Assembly: GCA_018817585.1 (NCBI GenBank)
Contig: JAHITE010000125.1
Location: 12,580 to 76,579 of the forward strand
Direction: 5' to 3'
Length of the DNA: 64,000 bases
DNA from: Candidatus Omnitrophota bacterium
GTDB taxonomy: Bacteria > Omnitrophota > Gorgyraeia > B26-G9
The position numbers were made by a program, and so were the translations under genes. Shown here piece by piece: positions 9,960 to 20,475 of the stretch. Position 1 is the stretch's first letter, and the number at the start of each line of letters is the position of its first letter. The notes beneath the pieces are model-generated. The model searched no databases, was not told the DNA's origin, and saw nothing but the letters and a program-made list of their open reading frames with translations.

Positions 9960-11036
9960 ATGTTGACCATGGAGTACTTGCTTAAGCTGATTGTGGATAA
10001 AGGCGCGTCAGATCTGCATCTTACAGTAGGGATTCCGCCGCAGCTGCGTATCGGAGGGCAATTAACTTATACAACCAGCGAGCTTATAGATCCGGAAACA
10101 TTGAGAAAGCTGGCATATAGCCTTTTGACCAGTGATCAGATCGCATGGTTTGAGCAGAAAAAAGAGCTTGATTTTTCCTGCGGTTTAGAAGGAGTCAGCC
10201 GGTTTAGGATAAACTTATATTATCAGCGGGGATCGATTGCCATGGCCGCGAGGGTTATTCCGTTTATTATTCCGACAATTGAACAGCTGGGATTGCCGGA
10301 AATAGTTAAAGAATACGCGGATAAACCAAATGGATTAGTTCTGCTTACCGGAGCAACCGGCAGTGGTAAATCAACTACTCAGGCCGCGATCATTGATTAT
10401 ATTAATAAGCGGAGAAGAGCGCATATAATTTCAGTTGAAGACCCGATTGAGTATTTGCACAAGCACCAGCTTTGTACAATTAATCAGCGTCAGCTGGGCA
10501 CAGATACGCTTTCTTTTGCCGAGGCTTTAAAGCATGTATTGCGCCAGGATCCGGATATAGTGGTTATTGGTGAAATGCGGGATCTTGAGACAATTCAGGC
10601 AGCTTTGACTTTAGCGGAAACAGGGCATTTGGTTTTTGCCACACTGCATACCAGCAGCGCGGTTAATTCAATTACCCGAATAGTTGATGTGTTTCCGGCG
10701 CATCAGCAGCAGCAAATCCGCGTGCAGCTTTCATTGGTATTAGTCGGAGTTTTGGTTCAGCGATTGATCCCCAATGCTGTGGGCGAAGGCAGGTCCTTAG
10801 CAATGGAGATTATGACCATGATCTCGGGGATACAGAATCTGATCCGAGAAAATCAAGTGCATCAGATATATTCGCTGATTCAAACCGGCAGACGTTTTGG
10901 GATGAGAACAATGAATCAGGCATTGTGTGATTTAGTGACAAGCAATAAGATAACTTTTGGCGAGGCTTTAAAACAAACTGCGGACGAGCAGGAATTAAAT
11001 TCATTAGTTCAAAAACAAAATAATAAAAACATGTAA
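9960..11036 (+). CDS. pilT: type IV pilus retraction ATPase PilT/PilU family
   Basis: 358 aa; Walker A LLTGATGSGKSTT, AIRNLIRE-like GIQNLIRENQ motif, PilT length; embedded between ilvN and ilvC. Confidence 0.88.
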   Translation: MLTMEYLLKLIVDKGASDLHLTVGIPPQLRIGGQLTYTTSELIDPETLRKLAYSLLTSDQIAWFEQKKELDFSCGLEGVSRFRINLYYQRGSIAMAARVIPFIIPTIEQLGLPEIVKEYADKPNGLVLLTGATGSGKSTTQAAIIDYINKRRRAHIISVEDPIEYLHKHQLCTINQRQLGTDTLSFAEALKHVLRQDPDIVVIGEMRDLETIQAALTLAETGHLVFATLHTSSAVNSITRIVDVFPAHQQQQIRVQLSLVLVGVLVQRLIPNAVGEGRSLAMEIMTMISGIQNLIRENQVHQIYSLIQTGRRFGMRTMNQALCDLVTSNKITFGEALKQTADEQELNSLVQKQNNKNM

Positions 11037-11051
11037 GAAAGGAAGATTATT

Positions 11052-12053
11052 ATGGCAAAGATGTATTATGATGATGACGCGGATTTAAAATTACTTAAAG
11101 GAAAAACTATTGGAATTATTGGTTATGGCAGCCAGGGGCATGCTCAGGCGCAGAATTTAAGAGATTCGGGATTAACAGTTATTGTTTCGGAAATGCCGGG
11201 GACGAAAAACTATGAATTAGCAAAATCACATGGTTTCAAACCAATGACCGCTGCTGAGCTTACTAAAAAAGCTGATATTATTCAGATTTTAGTGCCTGAT
11301 GAATATCAGGGAGAGCTTTATGAAAAAGAGATAAAACCCAATTTAACAGCAGGTAAAGCAATTATGTTTTCGCATGGGTTTAATATTCATTTTAAACATA
11401 TCATTCCGAATAAAGATATTGATGTATTTATGATCGCGCCAAAAGGCCCAGGCCATTTAGTGCGCAGTGAATATGAAAAAGGCGGCGGAGTTCCTTGCTT
11501 AATCGCTGTGTTTCAGGATGCAAGCGGAAAAACAAAAGAAATTGCTTTAGCTTATGGTAAAGGTGTTGGCGGAACCCGCGGCGGGATTATTGAAACAACT
11601 TTTGAAGAAGAAACCGAGACAGATCTTTTTGGTGAGCAGGTTGTTTTATGCGGCGGAGCATCAGAGCTGGTGAAAAAAGGTTTTGAAACTTTAATTGAAG
11701 CTGGTTATCAGCCGGAGATTGCTTATTTCGAATGTTTACATGAGCTTAAATTAATTGTTGATCTTTTTTATCAGGGCGGAATTGATTATATGCGCTATTC
11801 TGTTTCCAATACCGCGGAGTATGGGGATTTGACTCGCGGTAAGAGAATCGTTAATGATAAGACAAAAGAAGAGATGAAAAAGATCCTGACTGAGATCCAG
11901 GATGGTACTTTTGCTAAAGAATGGATCAATGAATGTAAAACAGGCAAAAAGAATTTTAAGCGGATGGAAGAAGAAGAAAAAAATCATCCAATTGAAGTTG
12001 TGGGACGTAAACTAAGAAAAATGATGAAATGGATAGATGCTAAAGAAGTCTAA
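11052..12053 (+). CDS. ilvC: ketol-acid reductoisomerase
   Basis: 333 aa; [17 protein letters not shown] Rossmann motif of IlvC. Confidence 0.95.
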   Translation: MAKMYYDDDADLKLLKGKTIGIIGYGSQGHAQAQNLRDSGLTVIVSEMPGTKNYELAKSHGFKPMTAAELTKKADIIQILVPDEYQGELYEKEIKPNLTAGKAIMFSHGFNIHFKHIIPNKDIDVFMIAPKGPGHLVRSEYEKGGGVPCLIAVFQDASGKTKEIALAYGKGVGGTRGGIIETTFEEETETDLFGEQVVLCGGASELVKKGFETLIEAGYQPEIAYFECLHELKLIVDLFYQGGIDYMRYSVSNTAEYGDLTRGKRIVNDKTKEEMKKILTEIQDGTFAKEWINECKTGKKNFKRMEEEEKNHPIEVVGRKLRKMMKWIDAKEV

Positions 12054-12098
12054 GCTGACTTTTAGATAATCGGGAAGGATACAGTTTAGAACATATAG

Positions 12099-13649
12099 AT
12101 GCGGAGAAAGAAAATGGAAAAGAAAATAAAGATATTTGATACAACGCTAAGAGATGGCGAACAAGCTCCGGGTGCTAGTTTGAGTGATCAGGAAAAACTG
12201 GAAGTCGCGCAGCAGCTTGTCCGTTTAGGTGTTGATATTATTGAAGCAGGTTTTCCGATTTCCTCTCCGGGTGATTTTGATAGTGTGCGGCAGATTGCCC
12301 GGCAGGTAAAAGGAGCAACTATTTGCGGCTTAGCAAGATCATTAAACAAAGATATTGAAGCCGCGGCAATGGCGCTTAAACCGGCAAAAAGAAAACGGAT
12401 TCATGTTTTTCTGGCTACTTCCAAAATTCATATGAAGTACAAATTGAAAAAAGCAGAAAGTGAAATTCTGAAGATAGCAGAAGCAGCGGTTAAATACGCT
12501 GGCAAATTTACTGATGATATTCAGTTTTCACCGGAAGACGCGTCGCGCACTGAAAAAGATTTTCTTTTTCGGGTTATTGAAAAAGTAATCAAAGCAGGGG
12601 CAACCACAGTGAATATTCCGGATACCGTTGGCTTTGCCCAGCCGGATGAATTTGGACGGCTGATCCATGATATTTGCAATAAAGTTTCAAATATAAACAA
12701 GGCAATTATTGCGGTGCATTGTCATAATGATCTTGGCTTGGCTGTGGCTAATTCTCTGGCAGCAATTAAAAATGGTGCTGGACAGATTGAATGTACGATT
12801 AATGGCATAGGCGAGCGCGCTGGTAATGCTGCCTTGGAAGAAATTGTTCTGAGCCTGATTACCCGGAAAGATCATTTTAAAAATATGCATTGCGGAATTA
12901 AAACCAAGGAGATTTATAAAACCAGCAGATTGGTCAGCAAGCTGACTGGTTTTGTCGTAGCGCCTAATAAGGCGATTGTTGGCGGTAATGCTTTTCGCCA
13001 TGAATCCGGTATTCATCAAGACGGTGTACTGAAAAAACGTCAGACTTATGAAATTATCAGCCCTGAGACTGTAGGATTTTACGGGGAAGGTCTGGTCATG
13101 GGTAAACATTCCGGACGACATGCTTTGTCTAATCGGCTGGAGCGGCTTGGGTTTAAACTGAATAAAAAACAGCTGGATATCGCGTTTAGCCGGTTTAAAG
13201 ATCTTGCGGATAAGAAAAAAGAAGTATTTGAAGAAGATCTTATCGCGATTGTTGAAGAACAGTCAAAAGAATTTGAGCAGGTCTGGAGTTTAGAGGCGCT
13301 TGAGTTTTTTGGCGGTATAAATGTTCAGCCAAAAGCAACAGTTAAATTGAAAAACAAGAAAGCTGTTTTTAGCGCGACCTCTGAAGGGGATGGTCCGGTT
13401 GATGCTTGCTATAAAGCAATTGAAAAAATAATCAAGCTTAAAGCCGGATTACTTGATTATTCAATCCAGGCTGTTACGCGGGGAAAAGATGCTTTAGGTG
13501 AGGTTAATGTAAAACTTCTGATAAATAAGGAAGAAATTTCCGGCAGAGGCGCAAGTACTGATATTATCGAAGCATCAGCCAAAGCATATCTCAATGCTGT
13601 AAACAGAGTTTTATTTAAAAAAGAAAAGTCTAAAAAAGTACGTTTGTAA
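12099..13649 (+). CDS. leuA: 2-isopropylmalate synthase
   Basis: 516 aa; [14 protein letters not shown] and [16 protein letters not shown] motifs, C-terminal LeuA regulatory domain. Confidence 0.95.
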   Translation: MRRKKMEKKIKIFDTTLRDGEQAPGASLSDQEKLEVAQQLVRLGVDIIEAGFPISSPGDFDSVRQIARQVKGATICGLARSLNKDIEAAAMALKPAKRKRIHVFLATSKIHMKYKLKKAESEILKIAEAAVKYAGKFTDDIQFSPEDASRTEKDFLFRVIEKVIKAGATTVNIPDTVGFAQPDEFGRLIHDICNKVSNINKAIIAVHCHNDLGLAVANSLAAIKNGAGQIECTINGIGERAGNAALEEIVLSLITRKDHFKNMHCGIKTKEIYKTSRLVSKLTGFVVAPNKAIVGGNAFRHESGIHQDGVLKKRQTYEIISPETVGFYGEGLVMGKHSGRHALSNRLERLGFKLNKKQLDIAFSRFKDLADKKKEVFEEDLIAIVEEQSKEFEQVWSLEALEFFGGINVQPKATVKLKNKKAVFSATSEGDGPVDACYKAIEKIIKLKAGLLDYSIQAVTRGKDALGEVNVKLLINKEEISGRGASTDIIEASAKAYLNAVNRVLFKKEKSKKVRL

Positions 13650-14010
13650 TTTGTAAATAATAAGGATTCCGAAAATATCTGCTAGGCCGCAGCTATTTCG
13701 GACTAAATTCGAGCAGGCTGACTTGACGTCGTGAAAAACACTCCGTAAGTCAGGCTCTCATTTAAAGCGCCGTTCAAAGATAAATTTTACCTTAAAGTTT
13801 GTTAAAGTCAGGATGCAAAGTTAAGAGGGCTAGAATAATCATTTTAGCGGGTTTGAAGCCTGATTTTGATAGGACTGGCAAAATCAGAGATTTATCCTCG
13901 GAGTCCCGCAGGATGCGGGACGAGAATGAGCAGAAATGATTGATTCTAGACCGTCGTTGACTAGCTGGGTACAAGATGACAGTGTGAATAATTTTAAAAG
14001 AGAGTAGCGC

Positions 14011-14904
14011 ATGATAAGTAAACAGAAAATTTATGGTCTTATCGGTTATCCGGTAAAACACAGTTTTTCAGCGGCAATGCATAATGCCGCTTTTTCTCAT
14101 TTAGGCATGGATAAAGAATGTAAATATACATTGTTTGAAATAAAACCTGATGATTTAGAGTCGTTTTTACTTGAGAGAACAGATCTTGCTGGTTTTAATA
14201 TTACTATTCCCCATAAAGTAAAAGCCAAAGAAATTTTAGAAGATAACTTTGAAAATGCATCTGCGACTCCGGATTTTGCTACACTAGTTGGGGCAGTTAA
14301 TACTGTTGGCAGAAATGATGATGGAAGTATCTGGTGGTCTAATACAGACGCCCCTGGTTTTTTAAAGGCATTAGATTGTGATTTAGGATTTAAAAAAGCT
14401 GAACAGCGCGATGCTTTAGTTTTTGGCTGCGGAGGTGCTGGTAGAGCAGTATTATCAGGCTTAAGCTGGAAAGGTTTGGTTAGAAATATATTTATTTATG
14501 AGCTAAGCTCTGAAAATCAGCAAGCAGTTAAAGATTACTATTCTAATATTCCTAAAGTTTGGGATAAACTAAGATTTATAACCAAAGAAGAAATAGCTGA
14601 AAAAATAAAAACATGTTCATTACTTGTTAATACCACTCCGGTGGGGATGAAGGATGATAATGTTAGGCTAATTGATAAAAAACTTTTACACGCGGATTTA
14701 TCAGTTTATGATGTCGTGTATAATCGAGAAACTCAGTTGATAAAAGATGCAAAAGCAAAAGGATTGAAAGCGGTTGGCGGTTTAGGGATGCTTTTATATC
14801 AGGGTGCTTTGGCTTTTCAACGTTGGACTGGAGTGAATGGAGATCAGGTTGTTGATATCATGCGACAGGCTTTAGAAGGAGAACTGGAAAAATGCCGGAT
14901 TTGA
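14011..14904 (+). CDS. aroE: shikimate dehydrogenase
   Basis: 297 aa; YGLIGYPVKHSFS N-terminus and GAGGAGRAV NADP-binding motif. Confidence 0.88.
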   Translation: MISKQKIYGLIGYPVKHSFSAAMHNAAFSHLGMDKECKYTLFEIKPDDLESFLLERTDLAGFNITIPHKVKAKEILEDNFENASATPDFATLVGAVNTVGRNDDGSIWWSNTDAPGFLKALDCDLGFKKAEQRDALVFGCGGAGRAVLSGLSWKGLVRNIFIYELSSENQQAVKDYYSNIPKVWDKLRFITKEEIAEKIKTCSLLVNTTPVGMKDDNVRLIDKKLLHADLSVYDVVYNRETQLIKDAKAKGLKAVGGLGMLLYQGALAFQRWTGVNGDQVVDIMRQALEGELEKCRI

Positions 14905-15902
14905 TTATAAAAAGTATGATTGTTCTTTTTGGTTGTTTGATTGGCAGTTTTCTTAATGTCTGTATCTACCGGATGCCGCGTTCCGGGAAAGTTACATTGG
15001 ATGAATTTCTGAAAATATCCGGCAGTAAGGAACATGCAGATAAGCTGTGGGAAGATTTGATAAACAGCGGATATATTGATGAAGATGGCTATGTGGAGAA
15101 AAAGTTTAAAAAGCTGCGAAAAAAGGCGGAAGTGGCAAAGTTTGAATTAACCGGGTCATATGAAAAAAGTAAAAAACAGGTTTTTAAGATTTTAGATGAG
15201 TCTTGTGAATTATCGATTGATAAGCCCCGCCGTTCTTTTTGTCCTAATTGTCATAAACAGGTGCTTTGGTATGATAATGTTCCGCTTTTAAGTTATTTAT
15301 CCTTAGGAGGTAAATGCCGTTTTTGCAAAAAACCGATTCCTTTTCGTTATTTTTTTGTGGAGTTTATTACTGCCAGCCTTTTATTGGTATTATATAGTTT
15401 TTTTGGATTATCAGTTCAATTTTTTACTTATGGAGTTTTAACTTGCGCTTTGATTGTCTCGACATTTGTTGATTTTGATTTTTACATTATTCCTGATGAA
15501 ATAACTTTAGGCGGTTTGGTTGTGGGCATAATTTTGTCTTTAATTTTTCCGCAGCTGCACAATGTTTCTACTTGGAGTGCTTCACTTGTTCAGTGTTTGC
15601 TCGGCATTTTTGCCGGCGGAGGCAGTATTTATTTGATTGGACGTTTTGGGGAGATTATTTTTAAAAAAGAGAGCATGGGCGGAGGAGATGTGAAATTTCT
15701 GGCCATGATCGGCTCAGTACTGGGTTGGCAAATGGCATTATTAATTTTTTTTCTAGCTCCTTTTTTTGGAGCAGCAGTGGGAATTTTTGCTAAACTTACC
15801 AAGGGCGCGGAAATAATTCCTTATGGTCCATATTTGTCATTAGCGACATTTTTAGTTATTTTATGGGGTCACAATATGCTGAAATTTTTATTCTATTTTT
15901 AA
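14892..15902 (+). CDS. pilD: type IV prepilin peptidase (A24 family) with an enlarged first cytoplasmic loop
   Basis: 336 aa; LIGSFLNVCIYRMP N-domain, CPNC...CRFC zinc tetracysteine, catalytic Asp motifs IIPDEIT and GGGDVKFLAMIG; about 50 extra residues between YRMP and CPNC. Confidence 0.85.
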   Translation: MPDLIIKSMIVLFGCLIGSFLNVCIYRMPRSGKVTLDEFLKISGSKEHADKLWEDLINSGYIDEDGYVEKKFKKLRKKAEVAKFELTGSYEKSKKQVFKILDESCELSIDKPRRSFCPNCHKQVLWYDNVPLLSYLSLGGKCRFCKKPIPFRYFFVEFITASLLLVLYSFFGLSVQFFTYGVLTCALIVSTFVDFDFYIIPDEITLGGLVVGIILSLIFPQLHNVSTWSASLVQCLLGIFAGGGSIYLIGRFGEIIFKKESMGGGDVKFLAMIGSVLGWQMALLIFFLAPFFGAAVGIFAKLTKGAEIIPYGPYLSLATFLVILWGHNMLKFLFYF

Positions 15903-15940
15903 TTTATTTAATGGGTTAAAAATAAAAAGAGGAGCAGGTT

Positions 15941-16966
15941 ATGTTACGTTTTATGAGTGCCGGAGAATCACATGGGGAATGCATGGTCGCGATTATTGAA
16001 GGTCTTCCCGCGGGTTTATATATTGATGAAAATATTATTAATCAGGATTTATTTCGCCGTCAGCAGGGGTATGGGCGCGGCGGGAGAATGCAGATCGAAA
16101 GAGATACGGTTAAAATTCTTACAGGATTAAAAGCAAAAAAAACATTAGGCAGTCCGATTACTTTGATGATAAAGAATAAGGATTTTAAAATCAATGAATT
16201 GCCGGCGATTACTCAACCGCGGCCTGGGCACGCGGATTTAAGCGGAGCGATAAAATACGGTTTTTCGGATATGCGTTGTGTTTTAGAACGCGCTTCAGCA
16301 AGGGAAACAGTTGTTCGGGTCGCGGCCGGAGCAATCGCTAAAATATTTCTCAGTGAATTTGGAATAAAAATTTCCAGTAAAGTAATAAGTGTTGGCGGTC
16401 AGACAAATAGCAAAAAGATAAAAGAAAAAATTGATTTTGCCAGAAATAAAAAAGATACTTTGGGCGGAATTTTTGAAGTCGCGGTAATGAATGTCCCGGC
16501 AGGACTAGGTAGTTATGTGCATTATGATCGAAGGCTTGACGCCCGGCTGGCTTTAGCGCTCATGTCTATTCCAGCGATTAAGGCAGTTGAATTCGGCATG
16601 GGGTTTGAAGCAGCTAATAAATTAGGTTCTCAAGTCCATGATCAGATAAGTTATTCCTTGAAAAAAGGTTTTTTCAGACTGACAAATAATGCCGGCGGGC
16701 TGGAAGGCGGGATGAGCAATGCCCAGACAATAATCGCGCGCTGCGGGATGAAGCCGATCGCGACATTGGGAAATCCTTTAAAAACAATCGATTTTAAAAC
16801 TAAAAAACCGGTTAAAGCTTCTGTACAGCGCTCGGATATCTCCGCGGTTGAGGCCGCGGGAGTTATTGGCGAATCAATGAGCGCTTTGGTTATTGCGGAT
16901 GCGTTTATGGAAAGATTCGGAAGTGATGATCTGCGTAGAATTAAAAAGGCTTTTAAGCTTAAATAA
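15941..16966 (+). CDS. aroC: chorismate synthase
   Basis: 341 aa; MLRFMSAGESHGECMVAIIEGLPAG N-terminus diagnostic of AroC. Confidence 0.95.
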   Translation: MLRFMSAGESHGECMVAIIEGLPAGLYIDENIINQDLFRRQQGYGRGGRMQIERDTVKILTGLKAKKTLGSPITLMIKNKDFKINELPAITQPRPGHADLSGAIKYGFSDMRCVLERASARETVVRVAAGAIAKIFLSEFGIKISSKVISVGGQTNSKKIKEKIDFARNKKDTLGGIFEVAVMNVPAGLGSYVHYDRRLDARLALALMSIPAIKAVEFGMGFEAANKLGSQVHDQISYSLKKGFFRLTNNAGGLEGGMSNAQTIIARCGMKPIATLGNPLKTIDFKTKKPVKASVQRSDISAVEAAGVIGESMSALVIADAFMERFGSDDLRRIKKAFKLK

Positions 16967-16968
16967 AA

Positions 16969-17502
16969 ATGGGACAGATATTTAAGCAGGAAAAAGTAAA
17001 ATTAATTATTGGGCTTATAGCTCGCCAGGAGAATTTAGAGATTACTCAGAAAAGGCTAGTAAAGGTTTTTGGAAAAGTTGATTATGCAAGTGAAGTTTTT
17101 GATTTTGATTCTACCCGATATTACGTAAAGGAAATGGGCTCAGAGCTTAAGCGCCAATTCATTGGTTTTGTTCGCTTGATTCATCCCGAAACGCTTCCAG
17201 CTATAAAATTAACAACCAATAAAATCGAGGATAAATATTTTACCGTTGAGAGTAAAAGGTTGGTAAATATTGATCCAGGATATCTTTCAATTTCAAAATT
17301 GGTATTAGCAACAACAAAGGATCATCAGCATAGAATTTATCTGAATAAAGGAATTTTTGCTGAAGTTACTTTGCGTTATCGGGATAAAACTTTCCGCGCA
17401 TGGCCTTGGACCTACGCGGATTATTGCAAACCAGAATATATTAGTATTTTTAATCTTATGCGCAATCAGCTGCTTAGCCAGAGGAATAAAACTCGTGTTT
17501 GA
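16969..17502 (+). CDS. DUF4416-family protein
   Basis: 177 aa; motifs TRYYVKEMG, NIDPGYL, HRIYL match my recollection of DUF4416; function unknown. Confidence 0.55.
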   Translation: MGQIFKQEKVKLIIGLIARQENLEITQKRLVKVFGKVDYASEVFDFDSTRYYVKEMGSELKRQFIGFVRLIHPETLPAIKLTTNKIEDKYFTVESKRLVNIDPGYLSISKLVLATTKDHQHRIYLNKGIFAEVTLRYRDKTFRAWPWTYADYCKPEYISIFNLMRNQLLSQRNKTRV

Positions 17503-18586
17503 TGTTTTGATTGAAAAGTTTAATGTAAATAAAAAAACAATTTTTATCGCGCTGGATACTGCCAGCGTGTTTATTTATCTTTTTATTATGGCTTATAGTT
17601 TTTCGCGTCCTTTGCGTGTATGGGTTAATCTTCTGACTGGAAACTCGATTATTGTAATAACAATATATTTTTCTTTGTTTTATGCTTTGTATTTTATTTT
17701 TGCTTTGCCTTTGAAATATTATCAGGGATTATCTTATGTTCGAGAACATGGTTTTTATGATTGGCTGCGGACAGTATTTAAAAAAGAAGTTATTGTTTTT
17801 TTTATTATGTTTTTTGTTATCCAGTTTATTTATTTTTTTCTAGAGACTGAGGTGTTGTGGTGGTGGCTGCCAGTGTCTTTTTTGTGTATTGTTTCGCGTT
17901 ATGCTTGGGAGTTTGCCCCAAAGTACTTAGCTTCATTTCTTTTTAGGCTTAAAGCTTTGGCTCCTTCAGAATTTAAGCAGCGGCTTATTGAATTAGCGGT
18001 TAGGGGCAATATAGAAGTTACTGATGTTTTTTCGTTTGCTAATGCTAAATTTGAAGTCGCTTTTCTAGGCCAAGGGCCAGGGCGAAAATTAATTCTTAAT
18101 GAAAAAATTATGGATTACGCGCCTGAAGAAATAGAAATTCTTGTTGCGCGGGAAGCAGCAGAACATTATTATAGGCATATGCGCTATAAATTAATTCTGG
18201 AAGCATTAGTTATTCTGCTTTCTTTTTTTATGGTTAATCTCGCGTTTAAACCCACGGCAGATTATTTTGGATTTGAATTTACATTTAACATTGAAACTTT
18301 ACCTGTTTTGATCGGGCTTTTTTTTATCGCATTTATGCTAATGTCTTTGATTCGAAATCATTATTCGCGTTTTATGGATAAGCAAGTAGATATTTACGCG
18401 CTCAAGGCAACACAGGCTCCGGCTGCTTTTATTTCTTTGCTTTTTCGGCAAAAGGAGGCTGAAAATAAATATGAACAGGATTATTTTTTAAACCAAATTT
18501 TAAATGGCAGGATCTCGGAAACTGAGAGGATTACTTTTGCTCAGGACTATGCGCAGGGAATGCTGTTAAAAGAAAAAGGTAAATAA
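17495..18586 (+). CDS. polytopic membrane protein of unknown function (start uncertain)
   Basis: ORF-track start 17357 lies inside the preceding gene; an in-frame GTG at 17495 follows a GAGGA RBS; multiple hydrophobic helices; no HExxH; AREAAEH segment only vaguely M48-like. Confidence 0.4.
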   Translation: MFDVLIEKFNVNKKTIFIALDTASVFIYLFIMAYSFSRPLRVWVNLLTGNSIIVITIYFSLFYALYFIFALPLKYYQGLSYVREHGFYDWLRTVFKKEVIVFFIMFFVIQFIYFFLETEVLWWWLPVSFLCIVSRYAWEFAPKYLASFLFRLKALAPSEFKQRLIELAVRGNIEVTDVFSFANAKFEVAFLGQGPGRKLILNEKIMDYAPEEIEILVAREAAEHYYRHMRYKLILEALVILLSFFMVNLAFKPTADYFGFEFTFNIETLPVLIGLFFIAFMLMSLIRNHYSRFMDKQVDIYALKATQAPAAFISLLFRQKEAENKYEQDYFLNQILNGRISETERITFAQDYAQGMLLKEKGK

Positions 18587-18589
18587 AAA

Positions 18590-19078
18590 ATGATTATGGT
18601 AAGCGCTTGTTTGGCTGGTACTAAATGCCGATATAATGGGCAGGATCGCGCGAATAATATAATTGTCGAGTTGAAAAGTAAAGACAAGGTAGTTGAGGTT
18701 TGCCCGGAAATAATCGCGGGATTTTCAACTCCCCGACTGCCTTGTGAGATAGTTGGCGGTACTGGTGTCGATGTTATTAACGGTCAGGCAATAGTGGTGA
18801 ATAATTTGGGCGAGGATATTACTCAGTTAATAGTGAAGGGTTGTTATCAGGCTTTAGAATCAGCTAAAAATAATAAGATTAAACTCGCGGTAATGAAATC
18901 AAAAAGCGTTTGCTGCGGAGCCGGACAAATATATGACGGCACTTTTTCCCGGCGGCTGATACCCGGGGACGGAATCCTGACCGTGCTTTTAAAACAACAA
19001 GGGATAAAAGTCTTGAACAGTGAACAGTTTTCTTTTGTGGAACAGCTTAAAAAAAATAAAAATATTTCATTGGGATAA
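18590..19078 (+). CDS. DUF523 / TudS-like (2-thiouracil desulfidase family) protein
   Basis: 162 aa; N-terminal VSACLAGTKCRYNG cysteine motif characteristic of DUF523. Confidence 0.65.
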   Translation: MIMVSACLAGTKCRYNGQDRANNIIVELKSKDKVVEVCPEIIAGFSTPRLPCEIVGGTGVDVINGQAIVVNNLGEDITQLIVKGCYQALESAKNNKIKLAVMKSKSVCCGAGQIYDGTFSRRLIPGDGILTVLLKQQGIKVLNSEQFSFVEQLKKNKNISLG

Positions 19079-19080
19079 AT

Positions 19081-20295
19081 ATGGATTTTAATTTAACAGA
19101 ATTTATTATAAAAAAAGCAAATCTCGCAGGCAAAGACGATAAAGATTTTTCCGTACGCGCGCGTTTCGGTTATTTGGAGGGCTGGATCAGTCTGGTGGTG
19201 AACTTTTTTATTTTTGCGCTTAAGTTTAGCATGGGAATGATCAGCGGCAGTATCAGTATTATTGCTGACGCGGTTCACACGATTTCCGATGTAGCGACTT
19301 CCGCGGTTGTGATCTGGGGATTTAAAATCGCTCAAAAACCAGCGGATAAAGACCATCCTTTTGGCCATGGACGGATGGAGGATATTGCTACTTTGATCAT
19401 TGCCGTTGTCTTGACTTTGGTTGGGCTTGAACTGTTGCATGGCGCGGTTTTAAGAATGTTTAAACCAGTCGCGGTTGCGGCAAATCCGTTATTTATAATT
19501 TTTCTAAGTATTACGGTAGTGATCAAAGAATGGTTAGCTAGATTTTCCTTTTATCTGGGACAAAAAATCAAATCGAAAACTTTAGCTGCTGATGCTTGGC
19601 ATCATCGCAGTGACGCGATTTCAACATTACTGGTAATTGTCGCGGTTTCTGGGGCAATGTTCAGGTTATTTTGGCTTGATGCCTTTTTTGGAGCAATGGT
19701 TGCTTTATATCTTATGTTTATGGGGATTCAGCTTGTCAGGGATTCGACATTTCATCTTTTAGGCAAAGCAGCCGATCAGGAATTAATTGCCGAGATTAAA
19801 AAAATTGCCTTGTCGGTTACCGGGGTAGAAGGCGTGCATGATATTATTGCCCATGATTATGGTCAGTTGAAAGCTATTTCCCTGCATGTGGAAGTAGACA
19901 TTACTCTGGATTCTGTGCGGGCGCACCAGATAGCTACTTCAGTTGAAACTTTGATCGCGAAAAATATTAAATCAAGTCCGATTGCGCATATTGATTTAAA
20001 ACGGATAACTCAGGAAAAAAAATCAGACGCGGCTAAAATGCTGGATCTGATTTTTAAAAAATATCCTGATGTGATAAATTTTCATAGTTTTGAATTGTTA
20101 AGCAATGAGAGCGGCGATTTTATGAACCTGCATGTTGTTATTTCCAAGTCGATGAACGTAGATCAGGCGCATAATTTAGAACACCAATTGCGGGAATCAT
20201 TGAATAGCGGTTTTAAACACAGAATAATTAATATACATATTGAACCTTGTGATTCAAAATGCGCGGTATGCCCATTGACGTGTAAAGATATTTAA
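19081..20295 (+). CDS. cation diffusion facilitator (CDF) metal efflux transporter with Cys-rich C-terminal extension
   Basis: 404 aa; TM motifs DAVHTISD and DAWHHRSDAIST (HxxxD metal sites), cytoplasmic CTD, extra tail CDSKCAVCPLTCKDI. Confidence 0.8.
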   Translation: MDFNLTEFIIKKANLAGKDDKDFSVRARFGYLEGWISLVVNFFIFALKFSMGMISGSISIIADAVHTISDVATSAVVIWGFKIAQKPADKDHPFGHGRMEDIATLIIAVVLTLVGLELLHGAVLRMFKPVAVAANPLFIIFLSITVVIKEWLARFSFYLGQKIKSKTLAADAWHHRSDAISTLLVIVAVSGAMFRLFWLDAFFGAMVALYLMFMGIQLVRDSTFHLLGKAADQELIAEIKKIALSVTGVEGVHDIIAHDYGQLKAISLHVEVDITLDSVRAHQIATSVETLIAKNIKSSPIAHIDLKRITQEKKSDAAKMLDLIFKKYPDVINFHSFELLSNESGDFMNLHVVISKSMNVDQAHNLEHQLRESLNSGFKHRIINIHIEPCDSKCAVCPLTCKDI

Positions 20296-20296
20296 A

Positions 20297-20360
20297 ACAG
20301 AAGACAGAAAACCGAAGGATGATGGACGATCGCTGCGCTAGGACGAAGGACGAGAAAAGC
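20297..20360 (+). repeat. short GGAYGA direct-repeat element, copy A
   Basis: agaagacagaaaaccga-(GGATGA)(GGACGA)-tcgctgcgcta-(GGACGA)(GGACGA); a near-identical copy lies at 45890-45955. Confidence 0.7.
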
Positions 20361-20475
20361 AGAAGACAGAAGAGGAAGATAAAAAATTTCTAAACTCTAC
20401 ATAAACTTAAATGACTAAATACAAAAAATATAAAAAATCGAGTGGAAAGTTATAAAGAACATTATCCGAATTGCT

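Noticed and set aside
13792-14061. 89-aa minus-strand ORF in the leuA-aroE spacer.
   Set aside because: It overlaps the aroE start and has a low-complexity sequence with no RBS. The region looks non-coding and structured.
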